64,000 bases of DNA from Leptonemataceae bacterium (lineage in GTDB: Bacteria > Spirochaetota > Leptospiria > Leptospirales > Leptonemataceae). A program made the position numbers and the translations under genes. The notes beneath the pieces are model-generated. The model had not been told where the DNA came from, made no database searches, and saw only the letters and a list, made by a program, of their open reading frames with translations. The stretch is taken from contig OZ245742.1 in NCBI GenBank assembly GCA_965227295.1, forward strand, positions 4,320,001-4,384,000. The letters are read 5' to 3'. Each line of letters opens with the position of its first letter. The first letter of the stretch is position 1. Of the stretch, positions 9,774-18,581 are shown in pieces.

Positions 9774-10790
9774 TTATCCCAGAATGTTAGCGACGTGATC
9801 TTTGTACGTATTCTGCAAACGCGCGCCGTGGACCTGGACGATCTGGGAGCCCATGTAGTTGCCCCAGCGCGCCGCCTTCGCGTTGTCGTAACCGTGAGTC
9901 AGCGCATACAATACGCCGCCGGCGAAGGCGTCTCCGGCTCCGTTCGTATCGACGGCCTTGACCGGAAAGCCCGGCTCCAGGTGTACTTCCGTGCCCTTGT
10001 GCTCGCAGACGTAGGCGCCCTTCTCGGAACTGGTTACGAACACGAGTTCGCAGAGCGTCGCGATTTCTTTAACGACGGCGTCCATATCGTCCCAGCCGGT
10101 AAAGTGTTTCGCTTCCTCGGCATTGCAAAAGACGATGTCGCAGTAATCTTTGACGATCTTCTTGAAGTCGTCGCGGAAATTGTTTACCAAGAAGGGGTCC
10201 GAGAACGTGAACGCCACGGTGACGTCGTTCTTCTTCGCCTGCTCGAAGGCCTCGATGGACGCCTTCTGCGTATCCGGGCCGGCCCAGAGATAACCCTCGA
10301 CGTAGACAATCTTGCTGTCCTTGAGCACGTCCGTGTCGATGTCGGATTTTTGCAACTGCGTGGACACGCCGAGGTGCGTGCACATGGTCCGCTGGGAGTC
10401 CGGCGTCGTAAGAACGACACAGGTACCGGTGGGGCCGGTGGATTCGGGCACGGCCTGGACCTCGAAGCCGATGCCGGCCTTCGTGAGGTCGCGCCGGTAG
10501 AACTCGCCGTTCGCGTCGTCGGCGACTTTGCCGGTATAAACGCCGGAACCACCGGACAATGCAATGTTGTACATGGTGTTGCAGGCCGATCCGCCGGACC
10601 GCAGCTCCATGGTTTTGTCCTGGAGATCGTAGAGGATGTCCCCCTGGCGGTCGCCTTCGACCAGGGTCATGATGCCCTTTGCCAGGCCGTGTTTTTCGAG
10701 AAAGTCATCGTCCACGAAGACGATGGTGTCCACGAGGGCGTTGCCCACTCCGTAGACGTCATATTTGCGATTTTGATTTATACTTGCCAC
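9774..10790 (-). CDS. PfkB-family sugar/adenosine kinase
   Basis: GNALVD, GGSACN, NAEEA, DTNGAGDAFAGG; GTG start inferred at 10790. Confidence 0.92.
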   Translation of the reverse strand: MASINQNRKYDVYGVGNALVDTIVFVDDDFLEKHGLAKGIMTLVEGDRQGDILYDLQDKTMELRSGGSACNTMYNIALSGGSGVYTGKVADDANGEFYRRDLTKAGIGFEVQAVPESTGPTGTCVVLTTPDSQRTMCTHLGVSTQLQKSDIDTDVLKDSKIVYVEGYLWAGPDTQKASIEAFEQAKKNDVTVAFTFSDPFLVNNFRDDFKKIVKDYCDIVFCNAEEAKHFTGWDDMDAVVKEIATLCELVFVTSSEKGAYVCEHKGTEVHLEPGFPVKAVDTNGAGDAFAGGVLYALTHGYDNAKAARWGNYMGSQIVQVHGARLQNTYKDHVANILG

Positions 10791-10829
10791 TCGTTCACAT
10801 TTTCGCGCCGCTATCTCAGGGCAACCAAA

Positions 10830-12899
10830 ATGACCGACACCGGATCTCCGGTCAGACACGCATGCAAACAGCTTCTGGACTGGACTCTACGCTGCTGGAT
10901 CGTGCTTCTGGCGCACCGGCTCCTCTTCACCCTGGCCTACCTGCCGGCAAACACCGATCTCGTCACCCTCGCGGAGCAGTTTTGCCTGGGTTTTTGGTTT
11001 GATTTCTCCACGCTTCCGGTGCTACTTTTACCAATAGCGCTGTTTCTTCCACTATACAGCGCCGGCTGGCCGCTGACGAACCGCCTTGTGCGGGCATTCG
11101 AACTGGCCCAGTGGATCTATCTCGGCGTATGCAACGTCGTTCTGGCCGCGAGCACATACAATTTCGCCTTCAACGGCAAACACCTCGGATGGGAGCTTTT
11201 TGCCTATCTGAACGATCTATCCACGTTGATCGGCGGGGTCGCGGAGCGCTCCCCGCTGCTCCTGCCCCTGGCCGTGCTCATCGCGCTCGGATTCGCGGCA
11301 GGGGGGTGGCTCCTGCTCCGCCGCTCGCCCGCCCCGGTTTACTCACAGGAAACTCGCACGTTTTCCCTGCCCCTGCGGATTTTTGCTATCTTTCTGTCCC
11401 AGGTATGCATCATGGGCATTATGTCCCTCGCGATCCGCGGAGGATTCCAGGACACTCCGCTCCGCTCGCCCGACGCCATTCGGTACGGGACGGCGTATCT
11501 AAACAACGTGCCGCTGAACGGTCTGTTCACCGTCAGCCGGGACGCCGAGGATCGCTCCGACTTCGTAAGATTCTACGACCCCGCGGAGAACGTGGCCGCC
11601 GTGCGCACGCTCCTGGACCCGCGACCGAACGCCTTCCTTTCGGACGAGTATCCCCTGCTCCGCCGCATGCCCCCGCGTCGCCTCGCCGGCGAACGCAAGG
11701 CACCGAACATCGTCCTGGTCATCCTGGAATCGTTCACGGCGAAGTACCTGGCCACCCACGGCGGCGATCCGCGCATTGCACCGAACTTCGAGCGGCTCTC
11801 GCGCGACGGGCTCTACTTCGAGCGCTTCATGGCCTCGGGCGGGCGCAGCGCCAACGGCCTCTTCTGCATGTTCGCCGGCCTGCCGGACCGCGCCAATCGT
11901 ACCATCCTGCGCAGCAACGAGGCGCAGAATCGCATGGGCGGGCTCGCGCGCATCTTACGCGACAACCACGAGTACCGAACGATCTTCGTGCACGGCGGGG
12001 ACCTGCGCTTCGACAGCCTGGACCGCATGCTGCCGCACCTGGGATTCGAAACGGCCGTGGGCTGGCGCGAAATGGAGGCAGATCGCGCGGGCCTGGGACT
12101 GAACGAAGACGACCGGCGCACGAGCTGGGGTTTCTTGGATCACGTGAGCTTCCGCGTCGCGGAAACGTTGATCGACGACGCGGCGAAACGGGACGACGGG
12201 CGGCCGTTTTTCGCGACGGTCTTTACGCTAAATACACATCATCCGTACTTAGTGCCGAACGGCGACGAGCGTATCTTCGATGCCGCGCAGCCCCAGCACG
12301 ATTTTCTGAACTCGTACCACGCCACGGACAAAGCGCTCGGCGCATTTCTCGACAAACTGCGTACGAAATCATATTACAACAATACGATCTTCGTCTTCAC
12401 GGCGGACCACGCGCATCATGCGCAGTTGAACTACCTCGAAGATCGACACATTCCGCTCCTGATCTACGCGCCGGGCCGCAACGATGCGCGCTTGCGCGGG
12501 CGACGCACGGACCTGGCGAGTCAACTGGATCTGCTGCCGACGATCTTCGGCCTCGCCGGCGGCGACGGCGTATACGCGGCCATGGGTCGCGACCTGCTGC
12601 ACGAAGACACCCCGTCACCGCACGCCTACTATGCCGGCGGTTCCGGTACCGGGGCCATCGGCTGGATTCAGGGCGAGCTCATGCTGATGCAGTGGATCGG
12701 CGCGGAGAATCGCATTTTACTTACGGCACGCCACCCGGCCGACGTCAGCGATTTGTTTCCGGAGCATCCGGACATCGGCGCGGCCTTCGTGGAACGCAGT
12801 CGCCACTTCCACCAGTTCGCACGTTATCTCGAACAAAACAATCGCATCTGGCCCCCCGCTTCCACCGGGGAATCCGATCTGCAAACGACACAACCTTGA
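10830..12899 (+). CDS. LTA-synthase-family membrane sulfatase/phosphoglycerol transferase
   Basis: Several N-terminal TM helices, IRGG motif, PNIVLVILES, THHPY, FTADH; ATG at 10830 (the ORF-track extension upstream is antisense to the PfkB gene). Confidence 0.9.
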   Translation: MTDTGSPVRHACKQLLDWTLRCWIVLLAHRLLFTLAYLPANTDLVTLAEQFCLGFWFDFSTLPVLLLPIALFLPLYSAGWPLTNRLVRAFELAQWIYLGVCNVVLAASTYNFAFNGKHLGWELFAYLNDLSTLIGGVAERSPLLLPLAVLIALGFAAGGWLLLRRSPAPVYSQETRTFSLPLRIFAIFLSQVCIMGIMSLAIRGGFQDTPLRSPDAIRYGTAYLNNVPLNGLFTVSRDAEDRSDFVRFYDPAENVAAVRTLLDPRPNAFLSDEYPLLRRMPPRRLAGERKAPNIVLVILESFTAKYLATHGGDPRIAPNFERLSRDGLYFERFMASGGRSANGLFCMFAGLPDRANRTILRSNEAQNRMGGLARILRDNHEYRTIFVHGGDLRFDSLDRMLPHLGFETAVGWREMEADRAGLGLNEDDRRTSWGFLDHVSFRVAETLIDDAAKRDDGRPFFATVFTLNTHHPYLVPNGDERIFDAAQPQHDFLNSYHATDKALGAFLDKLRTKSYYNNTIFVFTADHAHHAQLNYLEDRHIPLLIYAPGRNDARLRGRRTDLASQLDLLPTIFGLAGGDGVYAAMGRDLLHEDTPSPHAYYAGGSGTGAIGWIQGELMLMQWIGAENRILLTARHPADVSDLFPEHPDIGAAFVERSRHFHQFARYLEQNNRIWPPASTGESDLQTTQP

Positions 12900-12916
12900 C
12901 GGGAGTCCCATAACGT

Positions 12917-14158
12917 ATGGAAACACACATCCTGGGAAAATATAAAACGTACAAACACAACGACGATCGCGACGCGGGCCGGGAAATTGCACATTACATG
13001 TACCACGAGTTGGGCCGCTGGCTGGAACAGGGCAAACCCGACGAGAAGTTCCTCCAGGCGTTCAACGAGTTTTTTACGAAGACCGAGGAATACCAGTTTT
13101 CGAGCCAGGACTTGATCGACCTCGGCCTCATGCATACGGCGGAGGCGGTATCGAGCTACCAGCCGAAGGACGATCCGGAACAACAGATTACGAAGTTTTA
13201 CTTAAACGAGGCGCGGTTGCCGTTCTTCGCGAGCATCGACGATGAAGCCTATCGCATGCTGAAAAACTTCGAGTTTTCGGAGATCGACTTTCAGATTTAC
13301 GAAATCATCGGCGGCGATTTTCCCCACGACGCGGCGCAGAACTTTTTGATGCACAACGAGTGGGTGGATATCTGGATCGCCCTGCGTTACCTGGACACGA
13401 TGCCCGACGCGCACTTCGACCTGGAACTCATCGAACGCATGATGGCCGGCCGTGACAGCATACACGAAAAGTTGATTTTGCTGGGTTATCTCTGCGTGGT
13501 GGACCTGGACTTGATCGAAGAGTCCCTCGACGAAAACATCGGCCGCAGCCGCTTTAACTTTCCGTCCCGGATTACCCGGCCCATGCTCGCCGCGATTCAC
13601 AAGATGATTCGCGATCACGTGCACGACGGCGAGCTGGACGTCCACTGGGAACAGGACCTGGATCCGCAGTTCCTCCACGAGACGGTGTTCGTATTGCTCG
13701 TGTACTTCGAGATCACGCATGCTTCGCTGTTGCCGGGCTGGATTCGCCTGCTTGAGTCGGGCATGCTCTCGACCTGGACGACGAAGTCCGTCGAGGACGG
13801 CCACGAAATCGTTTACCAGCCCATCGCCGAATTTACCGGGAGCATCCTGTCGCTCTTAACCGAAGAAGACCTGCACTTTCTTCTGGAGACGTCGTTGATT
13901 CTGCCGTCATTCTTTGAGAGCTTGCCGAACTACAACCCCGAGGCGTTCCAGAACTTTCTGCTCGCCTTCGTGCGCGAAGATCAGTTATTGCTGGCCGAAC
14001 TGGAGCTGGCATTGCCGACGGACGCCGAAACCTATCGCGATCGCGGGGACGATCTCGGCCCGGCACGCTGGAGCGCCTGCGCCGGCGCCGTGGGTTTTCA
14101 GATCATCCTCGATAACGAGGGCCGGCCGAAGCTCATGCCGGCCGGGGGGCACAACTGA
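12917..14158 (+). CDS. Hypothetical acidic protein
   Basis: 413-aa ORF with GGGAG RBS-like sequence; co-oriented between the sulfatase and NUDIX genes. Confidence 0.8.
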   Translation: METHILGKYKTYKHNDDRDAGREIAHYMYHELGRWLEQGKPDEKFLQAFNEFFTKTEEYQFSSQDLIDLGLMHTAEAVSSYQPKDDPEQQITKFYLNEARLPFFASIDDEAYRMLKNFEFSEIDFQIYEIIGGDFPHDAAQNFLMHNEWVDIWIALRYLDTMPDAHFDLELIERMMAGRDSIHEKLILLGYLCVVDLDLIEESLDENIGRSRFNFPSRITRPMLAAIHKMIRDHVHDGELDVHWEQDLDPQFLHETVFVLLVYFEITHASLLPGWIRLLESGMLSTWTTKSVEDGHEIVYQPIAEFTGSILSLLTEEDLHFLLETSLILPSFFESLPNYNPEAFQNFLLAFVREDQLLLAELELALPTDAETYRDRGDDLGPARWSACAGAVGFQIILDNEGRPKLMPAGGHN

Positions 14159-14163
14159 GCGAC

Positions 14164-14619
14164 GTGTCCCGCGGCCCCGGCGATGCGGCACCAGGCCAGC
14201 CCGGTGTCTTTCAGATTACGCTGAAGGTTTTTTTGCGACGGGGCGACGAGTTCCTGGTGCTCCGGGACGCGAAGGCCGGCGTCGGCGACCTGCCCGGCGG
14301 GCGGCTGAATCCCGGCGAGATCTACGAGCCGTGGGTAGATTCCGTTCGACGTGAGTTAAGCGAGGAACTGGGCGACGGTTTCGAGTTCGAGATCGCAAAC
14401 GGCGGCGAACCGATTTTTATTTTTCCGCATTTTATTCAGGAAAGCGGATACGAGGGCCTGGGCATCGCGTATCTGGCGGAATTCCTGGGCGGCGAGGTGC
14501 GGCTTTCGGATGAGCATGATGATATGCGGTGGGTGTCCGTGAAGGAGTGGGATGCGTCGGAGATGTTCGTGACGCATTTGCTCGGGGCAGTGCAGCGGTT
14601 TCAGCGGGAGTTCGATTGA
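14164..14619 (+). CDS. NUDIX hydrolase
   Basis: Nudix box GGRLNPGE...SVRRELSEELG; LSDEHDDMRWV. Confidence 0.88.
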   Translation: MSRGPGDAAPGQPGVFQITLKVFLRRGDEFLVLRDAKAGVGDLPGGRLNPGEIYEPWVDSVRRELSEELGDGFEFEIANGGEPIFIFPHFIQESGYEGLGIAYLAEFLGGEVRLSDEHDDMRWVSVKEWDASEMFVTHLLGAVQRFQREFD

Positions 14620-14903
14620 AGTACGGGAAACGATGTTGTATGGTCGCCGGCCTGCTGCTGGCCGGCAAGAGCGCCGGAAAAATACCGACGTCGATGTCCA
14701 GACGCTGCTGGATCAAATCGACCAACGCCGGCAAACGTCCTGAAACGCAAGATGTGGCTGTACCACTACGACACGGAGCCGGTCTACGAAGACGGCGAGT
14801 TCGGCGGCACGTTACGCGTCGAGGAACATCAGCGCATCGCTCCGAATGACTTAAGGCGATCGGAGAGTAGCGCAAACGGAACAAGGCCGCGTCGTGAATC
14901 ACA

Positions 14904-15189
14904 ACTCTTGCGTCAGCGATTGGAAGGGTGGCCGAAGGCCAGTCTCGCGCAGCGAGACCGGAGCGAAGCGGAGCCCTGGAAAGCGCGGTGCCCGGCGGCT
15001 TCCGACGCCGCCGGGCAGACGCCCATCATCCCAATTAAGATTTTCCAGATGAATCTTAAGAATTAATTTGGGCGCCCCCGCCCCTGTGGGGCGGTCGGGC
15101 TGCTCCGGGCTCCGCTTCGCTTCGGTCCTCCGCCTTCGGCTCCGGACTCGCGCTAACGCGCGACCCTGCGCATCCCTGGCGCAAAGAGT
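14904..15189. repeat. Inverted pair of structured repeats: copy C (14904-15024, +) and copy C' (15067-15189, -)
   Basis: C reads GCGTCAGCGAT...AAAGCGCGG...GACGCCC; C' reads GCGCCAGGGAT...AGCCCGA...GGCGCCCAAA; AT-rich spacer. Confidence 0.9.
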
Positions 15190-15199
15190 CGAACTTCGC

Positions 15200-15685
15200 T
15201 CACTCCCCGTCGGACTCGAACGCCAGCGCGATCTGACCGGTGCGGGCCATCTCCGTAATCCCGAACTTCTTGAGTAAACCGATGGCCCCGCTGATGCGAC
15301 GGTTGTTGCCGTTGATCTCGATTAACATGGATGTCTCGCTCAGCTCGGCGACCTTGCCTTCGAAGACTTCGACGACAGCCATGATCTCGTTGCGGTTCTC
15401 GGCCGAGGCCTGCACGCGCACGAGCATGAGCTCGCGCGTAACCGAACCGTGATACGGCAGCGCGCGGACTTCCATGACGTCCGCGAGTTTGAGCAACTGT
15501 CCCTGGAATTGCCGCAGATCGTTCTCGTCACCTTTCATGACGATGGTCATCGTCGAAACCTCGGGATCCTCGGTGGTGCCGACGGCGATGCTGTCGATGT
15601 TAAAGGCCCGGCGGGTGAACAGGCCGGAGACGGACGACATGACGCCCGGACGGTTCTTCACGTAAATGGACAGGATGTGCTTCAC
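15200..15685 (-). CDS. ilvN: Acetolactate synthase small (regulatory) subunit
   Basis: ACT domain SIYVKNRPGVMSSVSGLFTRRAFNIDSIAVG; RELMLVRV; EMARTG. Confidence 0.95.
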   Translation of the reverse strand: MKHILSIYVKNRPGVMSSVSGLFTRRAFNIDSIAVGTTEDPEVSTMTIVMKGDENDLRQFQGQLLKLADVMEVRALPYHGSVTRELMLVRVQASAENRNEIMAVVEVFEGKVAELSETSMLIEINGNNRRISGAIGLLKKFGITEMARTGQIALAFESDGE

Positions 15686-15794
15686 GCCCGCTTATCTCTC
15701 GCCAGGCCAGGTCCCGTCAAGCCGCTTTCATCTTCTCCTTGCCGCGCATCACCGCGCCGGAATATCGTCCTCCACGTTCTGTTTGGGTTGATAC

Positions 15795-17681
15795 ATGATG
15801 TGGTTCCTCCGATTGATCTTTCTCCCGCTGCGCCTCCTCTGGTTCGCATACGTGCGCTTACGCAACCTGCGCCGCCCCGGTAGCGTTCTGTTTCACCGCC
15901 TGCCCGATCGTTTTACCATGGTCCGCCCCGCGGGTTTCTTCGCGTTTTTTCTGCCGCGTCAGGAAACACACTTTCTCGAGTACCTGGGCTTTCTGCGTCT
16001 CTTACAGGAGAGCCCGACGCTCCGACACCTCGTCTACACCGTGCCGGACCTGGAACAGGCCTCCTGGACCGAGGTCGCGGAAATCGGTCGCTGCCTGGAG
16101 ACGCTCTCCCATCAGAACATCCAGCTTACGGCGTACACCGAGGGCGGCGGACTGAAAAGTCTCTATCTCATGAGTTACGCCGGCCGGCGCCTGGCCGCTC
16201 CCCACGCGAGCTTTTCCTTTCTGCTGCCGGCTCTCGACGGTTACTTCGTCAAGGACACCCTGGCGAAGTTCGGCGTCGCCGTGGAAACCTACACCGCCGG
16301 CAAACACAAGGGCGAAAGCTACGAGATGTTCACGCGCAACGGCTTCTCGCCGGCCGCGCGCAAGAACCTCCAGGAGCTCACCGGCGACTTTCGCAAACAC
16401 ATCGAAGAACGTTTGGGCGCGGCCCGCAATCTCGAAACAAGCGCGCAGAAGAAGTTAAGTAAACTCATCGGCGGGCAGATCCTGGGCGAGAGTGCCGACC
16501 TCAAAACCGCCGGCTACTTCGACGATCTCGTGCAGGCTTCGCGACTCCAGGATTTCGTACTGACCGGCGATCATCCGGATTGGTCCCACGACGTGCAGCA
16601 CGGCTACGCCCCGGACCAGGCCCAGGACACAAGCAATGAGGAAGCGGAGCCCACGCCGGAAGAGGCCCGCCGGACGCTCAAAGAACTTCAGCAACAACTC
16701 AAACACAAGGTGCGCGCGAGCAAAAAACTCACGAACGAAAGCGCGCTCTACAACTACTGGCGCCGCTCCCGCTACAATCCTCTGCGCATTCGTTCGTTGC
16801 CGTCCCTGGCATTCGTAACCCTGGAGGGCCCCATCGTCACCGGCCGGCCCGGTGACCCGCATCGTTCACACAACATCGCCGCACTGAACCTGCGCGATTT
16901 GTTCTACAATCTGGCCGACTCCCGCGAAGAGGCGGTGATCGTATACATCAACAGCCCCGGCGGAAGCGCGGACGCATCCGAACTGCTCTTCGAAAGCATC
17001 TACACGCTTTCCCGGGTAAAACCGGTCATCGCCGTCGTCGGCACCGTGGCCGCCTCGGGCGGGTACTACCTGGCCTGTGCCGCGAATCGCATCTACGCCT
17101 CGCCGTTTTCCATCGTCGGCAGCATCGGCGTCATTCGTGTGCGACCGAACATCGGCGGGCTCTACAAAAAACTCGGCGTTAAAAGAGAAGATCTGGGCAA
17201 GCAGCCGACCCGGGAACTGCTCTCGGAAGTCGGTCGCTACGGCCCCGCGGCGCAGCGTTTGCTCAAACATTCACTCAAAGTAACTTACGATCTCTTTCTC
17301 AATCGCGTGGCCCTGGGCCGGGCCACCACCGCGAAAGAAGTCCAGCGCATGGCCGAGGGTCGCATCTTCGCGGGACAGCGCTTCGCCGACGCCGGCATGA
17401 TCGACGGTTGCGCGGGCTTCTACGATGTCGTGGCGGAGTACCGTCGCATGAGCGGGTACCGGGAGGACCAGGAGTTCGCCATGAACTTCTATCCCGAAAT
17501 CAAGGCGGACGCGCGCACGCTCATCGCCCCGGCGGGCCTGCCCTTCGGCGCATCGGCGGCGGTGCGTTCGCTGGTTCCGGAACCGGCCCGTAACGTCGCG
17601 GATCTCGTGGAAGATTTGACGGCCGGCGATGCGGGCAGCAGACTCTATTCACCCGTGGCGCGGTTGTTGGGACGATGGTGA
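15795..17681 (+). CDS. sppA: Signal peptide peptidase SppA (S49, two-domain type)
   Basis: GKHKG (catalytic Lys), INSPGGSA, AASGGYY (catalytic Ser), VGSIGV, AEGRIF. Confidence 0.88.
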   Translation: MMWFLRLIFLPLRLLWFAYVRLRNLRRPGSVLFHRLPDRFTMVRPAGFFAFFLPRQETHFLEYLGFLRLLQESPTLRHLVYTVPDLEQASWTEVAEIGRCLETLSHQNIQLTAYTEGGGLKSLYLMSYAGRRLAAPHASFSFLLPALDGYFVKDTLAKFGVAVETYTAGKHKGESYEMFTRNGFSPAARKNLQELTGDFRKHIEERLGAARNLETSAQKKLSKLIGGQILGESADLKTAGYFDDLVQASRLQDFVLTGDHPDWSHDVQHGYAPDQAQDTSNEEAEPTPEEARRTLKELQQQLKHKVRASKKLTNESALYNYWRRSRYNPLRIRSLPSLAFVTLEGPIVTGRPGDPHRSHNIAALNLRDLFYNLADSREEAVIVYINSPGGSADASELLFESIYTLSRVKPVIAVVGTVAASGGYYLACAANRIYASPFSIVGSIGVIRVRPNIGGLYKKLGVKREDLGKQPTRELLSEVGRYGPAAQRLLKHSLKVTYDLFLNRVALGRATTAKEVQRMAEGRIFAGQRFADAGMIDGCAGFYDVVAEYRRMSGYREDQEFAMNFYPEIKADARTLIAPAGLPFGASAAVRSLVPEPARNVADLVEDLTAGDAGSRLYSPVARLLGRW

Positions 17682-18490
17682 TGTCTTCCGTTTCGTACAG
17701 TGACCAGGCACTGACTTTCGCCGGGCGGCTGTTAGTCGTAACGGTCTGGATCAGTGCGATCCTGTTCGGTTTGTTCATCCTCGCGTTTTACTTCGCGGCG
17801 CTGTTGCAGGGGAACACGGCGCAGTGGAACGAAATTCTGCCCGGCCTGTTCGATTCAGGCACCCGCTCGGCCACGTGGGGCATCGGCCTGCATTTCGCCG
17901 GCGGAGGAATCATCTTAATCCTCGGTTTCGTGCAGTTAATTCAGCCGCTGCGAACTCGTTATCCCGCCGTGCATCGCTGGCTGGGACGTGTGTACGTACT
18001 GGCGGCGCTGCTCACCGCCGTGGGCGGGCTGGTGTTCATCTTCGTAAAGGGAACGATCGGCGGGCTGGTGATGGACATCGGATTCGCCGGTTACGGTATA
18101 TTGATGCTGCTCGCCGCCGTGCAAACCATCCGCCATGCGCGGGCGAGCCGCTTCGAAGCGCACCGCGCATGGGCCATTCGGCTCTTCGCCCTCGCCCTGG
18201 GATCCTGGCTGTATCGCATGGACTACGGCTTCTGGTACATGCTGACCGGCGCCGTCGGACACACCGCTGATTTCACCGGCCCCTTCGATTACTTCATGGA
18301 TTTTTTCTTTTATCTTCCGAACCTGGCCGTTGCCGAGGTCTTCATTCGACGCCGGGAACTCCTGCGCTCGGACATCGCGAAGTGGCTCAGCACCGCCGGG
18401 CTGCTCAGCGTCGTACTGTTCCTGGTCGTGGCCACGTACTTTTTTACGAAGCGTTTCTGGGGCCCGGCGATTCTGGATCTGGTGATGTAA
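17678..18490 (+). CDS. DUF2306-like integral membrane protein
   Basis: Multi-TM protein with HRWLGRVY and HRAWAIR motifs; start overlaps the sppA stop. Confidence 0.8.
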   Translation: MMSSVSYSDQALTFAGRLLVVTVWISAILFGLFILAFYFAALLQGNTAQWNEILPGLFDSGTRSATWGIGLHFAGGGIILILGFVQLIQPLRTRYPAVHRWLGRVYVLAALLTAVGGLVFIFVKGTIGGLVMDIGFAGYGILMLLAAVQTIRHARASRFEAHRAWAIRLFALALGSWLYRMDYGFWYMLTGAVGHTADFTGPFDYFMDFFFYLPNLAVAEVFIRRRELLRSDIAKWLSTAGLLSVVLFLVVATYFFTKRFWGPAILDLVM

Positions 18491-18581
18491 GGCGATAGCC
18501 TGACCACCGTCCGGACGTTTGCGAAATTCGCAGCGGGGTCGTCAAAAATCAAGCGGCCGCATCCGAAAATAATGCATCCCC

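Noticed and set aside
9795..10829. N-terminal 345 aa of the 1034-aa ORF
   Set aside because: It is the antisense shadow of the PfkB kinase gene; the sulfatase plausibly starts at ATG 10830.
11111..12913. 600-aa alternative-frame ORF, and similar long shadow ORFs (21806-23065, 37881-39161, 45350-46669, 48397-49563, 60988-62295)
   Set aside because: They are Arg/Pro/Ala-rich or antisense to well-supported genes, as expected from stop-codon scarcity at high GC.
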